Shown: positions 40,568-52,450 of the stretch, one piece after another | How the letters are laid out: every line of letters starts with the position of its first letter | Position numbering within the stretch: position 1 is the first letter of the stretch | NCBI GenBank assembly: GCA_951406725.2 | Contig: OX597817.1 | Span: 39,804,001-39,868,000 of the forward strand | DNA length: 64,000 nt | From: Octopus vulgaris | Taxonomy: Eukaryota | Direction: 5' to 3' | Notes under the pieces: generated by a model | Told to the model about the DNA's origin: nothing | What the model saw: the letters and a program-made list of their open reading frames with translations, nothing else | Database searches by the model: none | Program-made: the position numbers and the translations under genes

Positions 40568-40974
40568 GTAAGACCATTTTGTTTTAAACTTAACAGCATT
40601 TATTTATGTTTCTAATTATATATTTTATTAAACCTTTTAGCGGTTGATCATATTTAATGAGTGGCCAATATAATTCTGTTTTAATGTGACCTTATGTAAA
40701 TATATAATGGAGGTGTGTGGTCTAGAGATTAGGGTATTGCACTTATTATTGTAGAGTCATGGTTTCGATTCCTAAACTAGGCAGTGCTCCAGTCCACTCA
40801 GCTGCAAATGAGTAATTCAACAACAGACTGGCATTTCATTTAGGGGTGAATGTTGTGATCTTGGTCACTTTTATGCCATGAAAAGCAGGCAGCCAGTGCT
40901 ATGAGTCCGACAACCCAAGCCAGTAATGTCCAGGGATTGTTGTTGATGATGATGATGATGATTATATATATAAG

Positions 40975-41192
40975 GCACCTGTGACAGTGACAATTAAAGG
41001 CACCTGTGCCAGTGATACATAAAAGGCATCCACTACACTCTTGGAGTGGTTGGCATTAGGAAGGACATCCAGCAGTAGAAACCAAGCCAAAATCAGACTG
41101 GAGCCTGGTAGAGCTCTCTGGCTTACCAGTTCCAGTTAAACCATCTAACTCATGCCAGCATGGAAAACAAACACTAAACGATAACGATGATG
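40975..41192 (+). mobile_element. Retroposon family D 3' end (GTGGTTGGCATTAGGAAGG ... CCATGCCAGCATGGAAAA ... (GAT)n, RTE-type tail)
   Basis: Same tail recurs at ~13520-13665, 29700-29915, 44170-44280, 45165-45492, 47750-48085 and 51738-51940 (-). Confidence 0.75.
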
Positions 41193-41214
41193 TTTGTTTT
41201 TGCTTTTTTTTCAG

Positions 41215-41379
41215 GATTCCTGTCGTAAGTGGGAAAAGTTTGTAGCTGACCATAAGAAACACCAGCTGCATTATGAAGAATGTGTTGCCTGGGCAAAAGG
41301 TTTACAAGAGAAGGTTGAAGAATGCAAAGACACAAGGGGTAATGAAGCAGTAATTCAAGAGAAAATCAAAAATATTCAG
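41215..41379 (+). CDS. Nesprin-1-like exon 9, 165 nt, phase 0/0
   Basis: ttttttcAG|DSCRKWEKFVADHKKHQLHYEECVAWAKGLQEKVEECKDTRGNEAVIQEKIKNIQ|GTataa. Confidence 0.92.
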
Positions 41380-41493
41380 GTATAATAAAGTCAAAGAAGT
41401 TTTAATGTATTTTCTGTGTAGTTGTGTTATATGTATTTTATAAATAGGTTGTAGAAGCATATACAATTTAAGGTTTCACCTAACAAACAGTAT

Positions 41494-41795
41494 TGTTTGT
41501 TCCTTTTCAAGCCATGCCTGGCTCATAAGGGCCGGTTTCCCAGTTTCCTTGGTGTATAGGTTCCCCACCTGAATGGGACACCGGTCTGTCGCAGGTGAGC
41601 TGCAAGATGCAGGAGGAAAGAGTGAGAGAAAGTTGTGGTGAAAGAGTCAGCAGAAGTTCGCCATTACCTTATGCCGGAGCCGTGTGGAGCTTAGGTGCTT
41701 TCACTCATAAACACACACATCCTCTGGTCTGAGATTCGAACCTGTGATCCCTTGACCGCGAGTCCACTGCTCTAACCATTTGGCCATGTGCCTCC
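41494..41795 (-). mobile_element. tRNA(Arg)-like SINE, full length
   Basis: 12-bp TSD AACAAACAGTAT (41482-41493, 41796-41807). Minus-strand head GGAGGCACATGGCCAAATGGTTAGAGCAGTGGACTCGCGGTC...GGTTCGAATCTC with TCG anticodon-like loop. Confidence 0.88.
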
Positions 41796-41862
41796 AACAA
41801 ACAGTATAGGTAACCTTAAAATATTATTTTATTATTATCATTATTATTGCTATCATTATTAG

Positions 41863-42059
41863 TAAGGTGACAAATTGGCAGAATTATTAGCTTAGTGGTA
41901 TTTTGCCTGTCGCTCTGTTCTGAGTTCAAATTCCATCAAGGTTGACTTTACCTTCCATCCTTTCAAGGTTGATAAAACAAGTACTAGTTGAACACTGGGG
42001 TCAATGGAATTGTTTCATCCCCTCCCCTAAAATGGCTGCCCTTGTGGAAAAATTTGAAA

Positions 42060-42124
<65 letters not shown>

Positions 42125-42592
42125 TTTGCTAAGGTGGTGAGCTGAGAGAATTGCTAGCACATTTGAAAAAATACTTAGTGGTATTTCATCCGTCTTTCTG
42201 TTCTGAGTTTAAATCCCGCCAAGGTTGATTTTGCCTTTTGGGGGTCAATGAAATAAGTACCAATTGAATACCGAGGTTAATGTAATCAAATTAGCCCCTG
42301 CCCCAAAATTCATGCCTTGTGCTTATGGTAGAAAGGATTATTATTAGTAGTAGTAGTGGTGGTGGAAGTATTAGTAAGGCGGCGAGCTGGCAGAATCATT
42401 AACACACTGGGCGAAATGCTTAGCAGTATTTCGTCTGTCTTTATGTTCTGAGTTCAAATTCCACCAAGGTCGATTTTGCCTTTCCTTCTTTCAGGGTCAA
42501 TAAATTAAGTACCAGTTGTACTCTGGGGTTGATCTAATCAACTGGCCCCCTGTTTCCAAACAATTTCGGGCCTTCTGCCTATAGTAGAAAGG

Positions 42593-42663
<71 letters not shown>

Positions 42664-42665
42664 CA
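41863..42665 (+). mobile_element. Three tandem family B SINEs with (ATT)n tails
   Basis: Heads at ~41863, ~42130 and ~42375; long (ATT)n at 42062-42123 and 42593-42663. Confidence 0.85.
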
Positions 42666-42849
42666 TCATCATTAGTAGTAGTAGTAGTATGATTTCTCAT
42701 TCTTTTTTCATCAACTTTGCATTCTCCCTCTTCTTTGTAACTGTTGTAATCATCCTTGATGTTGCCACATTCATCAGTACCACTGTTATTGCCATCATTA
42801 TTTTTTGTCAGCATAACCACTTGCTGTCATCATTTCCTTTATCATTCAG

Positions 42850-43176
42850 GTACTCATGGCTGAAAGAGATGAAGGTTTGCACAAACTTCAGGTTGCTATG
42901 GAGAGCCTAAAACTAGTTTTGCCAAACACATCAATTTTAGGATGCCAGAAATTGCATAAAAACCTACAATCCGTGCAAACTGACTATGACAACCTCTCAT
43001 CTGAAATGAGTAACATATGTGCAAATCTAGAAAGTTCTCTATCTCACTGGACCCTGTTTCATAATGAACTTGACAATATGAAGCAGTGGCTTAGTGAAAC
43101 TGCTGCTCAGCTGGAGACAGAATCACAATTGCAGACAAGTTTCTCAGAAAAGAAACTTACACTTGATCGAGTCATG
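42850..43176 (+). CDS. Nesprin-1-like exon 10, 327 nt, phase 0/0
   Basis: atcattcAG|VLMAERDEGLHKLQVAMESLKLVLPNTSILGCQKL...HWTLFHNELDNMKQWLSE...SFSEKKLTLDRVM|GTttgt; aligns gap-free to exon 3. Confidence 0.92.
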
Positions 43177-45164
43177 GTTTGTATTGGAATTTTCTTTTCT
43201 TTTTTGTTTCATTGATCACTTCACCACCTCTTATCCATCCTTTATCCCTTATCAATCACTACAGTTGTCACCTACTCTCCCCCACCTTTCCTACTTATCA
43301 TCCCTCAACATTTGTTCTTCATTCTTATCTATATTATATTCACGCCTACTCCCATTCATCCATTTCTCTTCTCCCTACTCTCTTACAACCTCTTCACATC
43401 CACACACCCAGCTTTTTTCTGTCCCCATTCACCTCTACTCACTTCCTATCTTGAGGATCCACCCAGCTACCTCATCATCACTATCTTCATCTCTTACCTA
43501 GCTCCACCCTGCTCACCTCTACTCTCTCTTCTAAAATGTGAGTATCCGTGTAGCTTCTTTACAACAAAAAGTCTGTCCTGCCCAGGCCTCCTCTCTCATA
43601 CTTTAGTCCCTCATCTCTGAGCATAAAGCCCTGTCTCTTTCAGATTTCATAGTCTTGCAAACTGCGTAACAACCTCATTAGTGCTATTATCATGCAAAAA
43701 AGCACCCAGTATATTATGAAGTGGTTGGCATTAGGAAAGGCATTTAACCATAGAAACCATGCAAAAGGTGACAGTGGAGTACAATATCACAACACTGTCC
43801 TTGGGACTATCAGACCCTGTCAGGTCACCTAACCCATGCCATCATGAATCGCAAACTTTAAATGTGTGTGTGTGTGTGTGCATGTGTGTGCATGTGTGTG
43901 TGTGTGTAATAAATATAGGATATGGATCTCATTGAATGGAATACTTTTTTGTTAATCCTACCATTAATGAAACAACACACTTTATATAATATATACATAC
44001 ATATATATATACACGCATGCACACACACATACATTATATACACACACACACACACACACATACATACCTACATACATACGTACATACATACATACACACA
44101 TATATATATATAAACACATATATACATATATATATGCAGGCATATATATACATAAGATATACAGACATATATAGATCAGATTGGAGACTGGTGCAGCCTT
44201 CTAGCTCACCAGCCCTCAGTCAAACCGTCCAACCCATGCCAGCATGGAAATTGGATGTTAAACGATGATGATGATGATATATACATGTATATATTTATAC
44301 ATGCATATATATATATGTACTTGTATATATACATATATATATATATGTATATATATATACACACACACACACACATACACACACACACACACATGTATAC
44401 AAATACACGCATGAATATACATCCTCTTTCCTTGCTGGTATGGGTTACATGGGTTATTAGAATCCAAGTCAGTCCTTAATAGAACTTATTGACCTCTTGA
44501 GATGGGTCAGAGGGTCACATCTGACTGCACACATTTTGATATGGTTTCTACATTTGGATGCTCTTCCTGATACCAACTACTTTACAGAGTGTATTTGGTG
44601 TATTTTACTATGGTGCCAACACTAGAAACATTGCTATGTCATTAACGAGACTAAAAAGTGTCCTCTTCAACATATATTGTCTGATATTTGCCAACCACTT
44701 TTACATTGTGGAGTGAATGTTCCTTTTTGAATGCTTGTGGGCATTCAGTTAAAATAATTAAGGAAATAATAATTGATAGTGGATGTTAAAGTTAAGAACT
44801 TATAAAAGAATTTACAACCAAATAAGATAACTGCCGTTGTAGATAACTTTCTTGAAAAGATATATTTGAATTAGATAACTAATTGAATTATCAAAAGAAT
44901 GGAAAGTTTACTTTGGAAAGCAAAATAGAATTTATGCTTAAAACTTAATGAGCTTGTGTTTCTTTGTATTGTTCTTATTAAGTTATCATCATCAACGCTT
45001 TTATGTATGCAACACTACTGAAGTTTGTGAACTATATATATATATGCTTATATGTGAGAAAGGCAGACTCTTTGTGTGTGTGTGTGTGTGTGTGTATCAT
45101 TGACACGATCATTCATTGTTTAAAGTCAGTTTTCCATGCTGCTGTGGATACATACATACATACA

Positions 45165-45492
45165 TCGTGCTGGTGGCATGTAAAAAGCACCATTCGAGCG
45201 TGATCGTTACCAGCATCGCCTTACTGGTACTTGTGCCGGTGTGCAGGTGACACGTAAAAAAAAAAACATGATTTTCCATGACCATTGCCAGTACCGCCTG
45301 ACTGGCCCTTGTGCTGGTGGCACGTAAAAGCACCCACTACACTCTCGGAGTGGTTGGCATTAGGAAGGGCATCAAGCTGTAGAAACTCTGCCAAATCAAG
45401 ATTGCAGCCTGGTGCAGCCTTCAGGTTCGCCAGTCCTCAGTCAAATCATCCAACCCATGCTAGCATGGAAATTGGATGTTAAACGATGATGA
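45165..45492 (+). mobile_element. Retroposon family D with internal GTGCTGGTGGCACGTAAAAAGCACC subrepeats
   Basis: Three subrepeats then the conserved D tail ending (GAT)n. Confidence 0.8.
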
Positions 45493-45494
45493 TA

Positions 45495-45537
<43 letters not shown>

Positions 45538-45587
45538 TCATCATCATCATCGTTTAACGTCCATTTTCCATGCTAGCATGGGTTATA

Positions 45588-45627
<40 letters not shown>

Positions 45628-46358
45628 AGGCATGGTTGTGTTAAAAAATTTGCTTCTCAGCCACATGGTTTCAGGTTCAGTTCTATTGTGTAGTACCTTT
45701 AGCAAATATCTTCTGCTATAGCTTCAGGCTAACCAAAGCTTTTAAGAGCATGTGGTAGATAGAAACTGAAAGAAAGCCCCTTGAATATATGTGTATCTTT
45801 GTCTTAACAATTGTGTTACAGTTGTAAACAACCACCACCATCATACAAGTGATATCATTAATTCCTAGTCTTTCTTGAATACATGTCTGACTACTGAGAA
45901 ATATTTCTTTGCTCGGAATCATGGGGTTGGTGACAGGAAAGGCATCCTGTCATAAAAAAATCTGCTTCTATGAATACCATATTTGTATGTATACAGCTTC
46001 ACTAAATGTATATACTAAGAAAAGCAATAAAAGGAATTGGAACCACTCCAAATAACCAGCATCTTAGATATACAAACTTTAGATGTCTAGCTGTTTTATT
46101 TAAACTTCATTATTTGATTAACGTTTTCTGTTTCCTCCCCAATTTTACTGTAGTCTTCAAGATTAGGAATTTTATACACAGTTCTGAGTTTTTTAAGTAT
46201 TCAGTTACATAAACAGAGTCTATTTTGTTGTCCTAATCAGAGTCTGTATGTTATTTGATTAATTGTGATCAGATCAAGTTTTTTGTTGTTTTGTTTTTTT
46301 AAGTGGTGGGGTGCTGCATAAAAATGAATTGTGACTTTTTTTCTTTCTTTTTTGTTAG

Positions 46359-46505
46359 CATTTGAAACAGAATATAAATTCTCAGAAAATCACCATCGAT
46401 AATTTACTGTCAAGTGATTCCCATATTTTGGATGAAAGTCAAGATGTCCGCAAACAAACTGATGATATACAGAAAAGATATCAGAACCTGGTGACCTCTG
46501 CGCAG
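46359..46505 (+). CDS. Nesprin-1-like exon 11, 147 nt, phase 0/0
   Basis: ttttttgttAG|HLKQNINSQKITIDNLLSSDSHILDESQDVRKQTDDIQKRYQNLVTSAQ|GTaact. Confidence 0.88.
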
Positions 46506-47639
46506 GTAACTGTCTACTATTTCATTTCTTTTGCTTTAACTATACTTTAATCCTTGCTTAACCCGTTTATTGTTCTTTAATCCCAGGTCAGCTCTGATCC
46601 ATCTATGACATATATATGATCAGCCCAGCCTTCATCTAGCCATGGAGCATCTAGGATTACATTATACTAAATTGTACTTGATTCTTTTTAAGATCACAGA
46701 GTGTGGTTTTATTTCAAGCTGGCTGTGTGACCAATTAAAGGTTCCCTCATTGGCACATGTTTAAATAGTGCTGTTATGATATGAATTATCTTCATTGATT
46801 GAAAGAGGAATCGCAATTACCAAGAAGGTTAGATGTCTGTTTCTCATCTTCGGAATTCTGACTTGATATTCTGCCCCAGGGTATTTGGCAGTAGAGCTGC
46901 AACTAAGAGAGAGATATATAGAAAGAATTAGTTATAAAATTAGCGATTGGGTAGCAGTTTACATGCCTGTGGTTGTATTCTCTTGCATTGAAAAGATTAT
47001 ATTGCAGCAAAACTGAACAAAGCTGCTCACTTAGGATCAAATATGCTACATGTCTTTTAATGATATTTGAAGTAAGATATATATTGTCTCAAACTTACGC
47101 ACAAGGTCAATACTTTTGAGGGGAGGGGGCAGTGTCAATTACCTTTACGCTAATACGTCATTGGTTCATTATTTTAACAAACCTGAAAGGATGAAAAGCC
47201 AAGTTCATGCTGAATGGATCAATCTTTTGTCTATTATTAAAGAGTAGATTAATATTGATTAAAGAGTTGAATTCATTTGGACAACAGCTGATTGTGTGCA
47301 TGTGTGTGTGTGTATTGTGTGTGTCCACAAACACACATGACTTCCCTCCAATATAGCTAAGCCAATAAGCTGCAGCAGTGCAAGAATATTCAGACTATAC
47401 ATCCAATTACATATATGCATTTAGAAGATAATTACATACAAATGCATGTAAATATATATCTGTAAATATATTTAAATGCATGTGTGTGTGTATATATATA
47501 TATATAGTGTGTGTGTGTATATTTACTTTTATTCACCTAACTTTGAGCTGTGCAGACCATATCAGACAGACTTGGTGCCTCAACTTAAGTACCTAATTCA
47601 AATGAATCTTGATTATATGTATATATATATATATATATT

Positions 47640-48085
47640 CATCATCATTTAACATCTGCTTTCCATACTCGCATGGGTTGGACGGTTTGACTGAGGACTA
47701 GTAAGTCAAAAGGTTGTACCAGGCTCCAATCTGATCTGCCAAGGTTTCTGGCTCTCATGCTAGTGGCATGCAATAAGCACCATTCATGCACAGGTCGTTG
47801 CCAGTGCTGCCTGACTGACTTCTGTGCTGGTAGCACGTGAAAAGCACCATCTGAACATGGACGATGCCAGTGCTGCCTGATGGGCTCCTGTGCTGATGGC
47901 ACGTAAAAACCACCCACTACACTCTCGGAGTAGTTGGCATCAGGAAGGGCATCCAACTGTAGAAACATTGCCAGATCAGATTGGAGCCTAGTGTGGCCTC
48001 CTGGCTTGCCAGTCCCCAGTCAAACCGTCAAACCTATGCCAGCATGGAAAACGGACATTAAACGATGATGATGATGATGATAATG
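47640..48085. mobile_element. Two family D retroposons in inverted orientation
   Basis: 47640-47750 is the reverse complement of the tail at ~47960-48070. Confidence 0.8.
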
Positions 48086-48094
48086 ATATAGAGA

Positions 48095-48545
48095 AGATGC
48101 AATGGGTAAACTGTCACTATTTTATACTTTTAATTTTCTGCATGTGCATTGTTTGTTTTTTATTTTGTTGACTACACAGAATAGTAGGGTCAGTTGGGCA
48201 CCATCTGTGAGAAAAACAGCACCATGACACAATTCACTCTGCCAGAAATTTGGAAATAACATGCTGTACTGCTTCACATTCGTGCCAGAACTCTAATACA
48301 AACATTTCAGAGTGTTTGGGTATCAGAGGACATGTACCGAGAGTGATAAAAATCAAATGTCCAGTCAACATCATGATGTTTGGATCACTAGTGATAGCAA
48401 TGTTATTCCTCCATTTGTCTTCCTACACAGTCTCAGACTCAACACAGAAGCATACAGCAAGTGGCTGGAGTGGGTAGCCCTGCCCTGAGTCAAGATGGTG
48501 ACTGCTGGAAGATCATCCTGTATGAATTCTGCCCATGACTCTTTC
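48095..48545 (+). pseudogene. Internally deleted Tc1/mariner-superfamily transposase relic
   Basis: MTQFTLPEIWK*HAVLL..NSNTNISECLGI then VPRVIKIKCPVNIMMFG/TSDSNVIPPFVFLHSLRLNTEAYSKWLEWVALP*VKMVTAGR..NSA, resembling the region between the first two catalytic Asp residues. Confidence 0.75.
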
Positions 48546-48645
48546 ACCACCAACTTGGACTCCAAAGTCACATTTGGTACAAACATCAGCTGAGGAGACT
48601 GGATAGAAATTGACAAACCCAATGTTCAGATATGAGCTGGAGCTG

Positions 48646-48687
<42 letters not shown>

Positions 48688-49430
48688 CATACATATACAT
48701 ACATATATATATATACACACACACACATGCATCATATTATCTTCATCATCCCTCCTTCTCAACTCTTTGTTACCCTAGCCCTCTAGCCATTTTGTTATAT
48801 TTACCTAAGGGATCTTATCCAACTTGCGTGTACCTCTTTCTATATTTCCTAATAGCCATCTAGCATCAGCAGCCATCATTCACTCTTACCATTTAGCCAA
48901 ATTTTGCTAACTTCTCTTTCTCACCCTTTTCCTCTCTAGCAGTGGTGATATGAAAAATTGTACACAGTACTCTGTGTAAAGTGGTTGGTATTAGGAAGGG
49001 CATCCAGCTGTAGAGACTAAGTCAAAAATAAGACTTACAAACGAGGCATGTTCCCCCAGTTTTGGAGAGCAGAAATGATCTGTACAACCCATGACTGCAA
49101 AGAAAGCGGACATAAAATAACAATGGTATGATGGCAGCAACACTCTGATGATGAGAATAACTGTAATGGTGATGATAATGTTGATGACTATGATGATGAT
49201 GATGATGATGATGTGGACGATGACGATGACGATGATGATGATGATGATGATGAAACATCTGTTAATTCTCACATCAAAATGTTTCCTTTAATAGATCACT
49301 TAAACCCATGACAAGATTGATTATGCTAAACTTTGTAATTTAATGACATTTAATGATATGCTAAAAACTCTTCTAATACATTGGGGCATCAACAGGTTTA
49401 TTTATTATTTTGTTTTTGTTTCATTTTTAG

Positions 49431-49595
49431 CAACTTCATGGAAAATGTGAACAGCATGTGCTTGAAGCCCAAGCCTACAGGGATGCCTATGTTGATGCTG
49501 CCAACTGGGTGAGTCGCACTTTGGAAATCCTGAATAATAATGGGGAAATCCAAGGTGACAGAAGTGTGCTGGAGACACAATTACATCGTATTCAG
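49431..49595 (+). CDS. Nesprin-1-like exon 12, 165 nt, phase 0/0
   Basis: tcatttttAG|QLHGKCEQHVLEAQAYRDAYVDAANWVSRTLEILNNNGEIQGDRSVLETQLHRIQ|GTaatt. Confidence 0.92.
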
Positions 49596-51149
49596 GTAAT
49601 TCATAATTTTTTTAATGTTTTTCTGTGTTTTTTTGTGGTTAATTTCATTGTTTAGTTTTAACTTCCCAATGGATTCTTTTGACATTGAAATCATTTGGTT
49701 GCTGTCATCCTTGAAAATTAATGTGGCTACTACAATTGTAGATTTTTTTTATATAGTTATATTTATTTTTTTGCTAGAAATGTTGTTTCCCCTTTCCTCT
49801 ATTTTTCTCCTTTTTTTTTCTGTTATTCTATTCAAGTAATACCCCTGCTATCTTAGCTGAAAGAGATAAACAACTTCCTGTAACCAATGTTATGTGTTGT
49901 TTTTATTTTTCCTTGTCAATTACTTGGAGTGGTCCTCCTCCTCCTCCAACTCTCATTTCTGCTCAAATGTCAGAGATTGTGGTCTTTTTTGAATTATCAC
50001 TATTAGTTTGGAATTTGTAAGAATTGTATGAGAGTTACTACATTTTTTTTTCGCAGTTGTTGTATGTGTGTTTATAGATAGATTCTAAAATTATTTTATC
50101 TAGTAACTAAATTCCACCCATTCCCTCCCCTCCATATCAAACAGTTTCTCAGTTTTGGTTTACAAGAGTAAGTTAAAACAGAATGTTATTAGGGCTATTC
50201 CTACAAAGCAATACTATTGTGTTTGTTTTTACACACAACACTTGACTCGGGGAATAATATAAAAGAGGATAAATATTCTGGTAAGATATTTAATTTTAAA
50301 TTCACTCACTGGTCCATTTCATATGTTGTTTATTCATTATTCATTATCTTTTTTCTTTAAAAGCATTTTTAAATCTGAAATGTTAGAATTTAAATAAGCT
50401 TCCTGACAGCTCCTGATATTCTCTAAATAAAGCATTTAACTTTGTTTCACCATGCTGTTTTTATAGTATGTTATGTTCTAGTATTAGATTGTATATTTTG
50501 CATAAGAACTGCTCAATCTGAAAGTTTGTACATACATTACATGCCTGTACATACATGTACATACTTGTACATACATTTGTATCCATGTATGCATGAATAC
50601 TTGTATGTATGCTTCAGTTTAAATTATGTAGCTTACTTAATAACAACAAGCTACATAATAACAACAAACCACAGACTTTCCGTACTTCCTATTTCATGCC
50701 GGCTGTTTCCCCTAACCTTATTTATGTGTAACTGTAATGGTTTAAAGATTAATTATTATTAATCCCTTTATATCACCAAAGCCTAAGCCTTTCAATTCCC
50801 TTGCATTATATTCTTTCGAATAACACCTATTAATTTCTTTTGGCTTTTTCTGTTACTTTTATATATATATATATATATATATATAACTAGGTATTGTAGG
50901 CTAATAATAGTTTTGCCAGGCAGAATATAAAATTACAATTATAAAAGAAAGGTATCTAACCATCTTAACAAACTAAAATGGAATTAGTTGCATTGATGGC
51001 TATGTTTTTAATTAACTATTAATTATTCAAGAATTATACAATTCTTTGCTTCAAGCACCTCGAAAAGAAATCTTTTGTGAGGTAATGCTCTGTGCCATCT
51101 TAAGGCAGGGGAACATAGGGCAATTGCCTGGGGCACTCCATTGGTTTAG

Positions 51150-52450
51150 GGTTTAGCAATTCTGCCAGCTTGCCACCTTATAATCTACAAATTACAATGA
51201 TAATCTTTTTCTTATTTTGGCACGAAACCAGCAATTTGAGGGGAGGGGTCTCAAGTGCTCAACTGGTTACATATTTTATCGACCCGGAAAGGAAGAAAGA
51301 CAATGTTGACTTCAGTGGAATTTGAACCCAGAGCATAAAGACATAAAATGCTGCTAAGCATTTTGCCCATTATGCTGACAGTCCTGCCAGCTTGCCACCT
51401 CAATAATAATGGTGGACTCTTCCGTCAAAGACAATGTATAAGTGTTCAGCTTTTTTGCTGAATGTCCTGCATAAAGGATTTGTTTATAGTGATCAAATGT
51501 ATGTCATACATCAGCTCACTCCCTCCACCAAATCAACGTTGACTGAACAGGTGCATAGTGTACCGCATGTCAGGTGTTGAAATGATCACAGAGCATCATG
51601 AGATGAAGTGTTTGCTGAGGAACACAACACACCACCTGGTCTAGGAATTGAAACCATGATCTCACAATTGTGCGTGCAACAAACTAACCACTCCACCATG
51701 TGCTCTCATTTCTAATAATAATTAATAATAACAATAATCATCATTTAACATCTGCTTTCCATGCGAGCATGGGTTGGACGATTTGACTGAGGACTGGTGA
51801 ATCAGATGGCTGCACCAGCCTCCAATCTGATCTGGCAGAGTTTCTACAGCTGGATGCCTTTCCTAAAGCCAACCATTCTGAGAGTGTAGTGGTTGCTTTT
51901 ATGTGCCACTGGCACGAGGGCCAGTCAGGTGGTACTGGCAATAATAATAATAATAATGATGATGATAATAATGATAATCCTTTCTATTATAGGCACAAGG
52001 CCTGAAATTTGAGGGAAGGGGGATAATCAATTACATCAATCCTAGTGTTTCACTGGTACTTAATTTATTGACCTCAAAAAGATAAAAACAAAGTTGACCT
52101 CAGCAGAATTTGAACTCAGAATGAAATGGCAGATGAAATACTGTTAAGCATTTCACCTGGCGTGCTAATGATTCTGCCAGCTTGCCGCTTTGATAATAAA
52201 AATAATAATACTAATAATAATTCTTTTTGATATTGACAAGACCAGCTAATTTGAGGGGATTATTCAAATCAATTACATCAACCCCAGTACTTAAACTGAT
52301 ACCATATTTTATCAACCACCAAAAGGATGAAAGATGAAGTTAACCTGGGTAGGATTTGAACTCACTACATAAAGAGCCTTGAAGAATGCTGCTTAGTAAT
52401 TTTTTTTTTTTTACTGATGTTCCAACAACTCTTCCAATTTACTGCCCTAA
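51150..52450 (-). mobile_element. Minus-strand retroposon cluster: B, C3, D, B, B
   Basis: Consecutive recognisable copies separated by (AAT)n tails. Confidence 0.78.

Noticed and set aside
41700-41795. tRNA-Arg-like sequence on the minus strand
   Set aside because: It is the head of a TSD-flanked SINE and lacks a proper acceptor stem; not a tRNA gene.
43094-43620. Overlapping ORFs of 91-135 aa after exon 10
   Set aside because: Pyrimidine-rich low-complexity intron sequence; not in the spliced frame.
45165-45340. Short repeats separated by spacers (CRISPR-like look)
   Set aside because: Internal subrepeats of retroposon family D, also seen at 47760-47915; eukaryotic context and no cas genes.
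49022-49258. Poly-His ORF
   Set aside because: Translation of the (GAT)n microsatellite tail.
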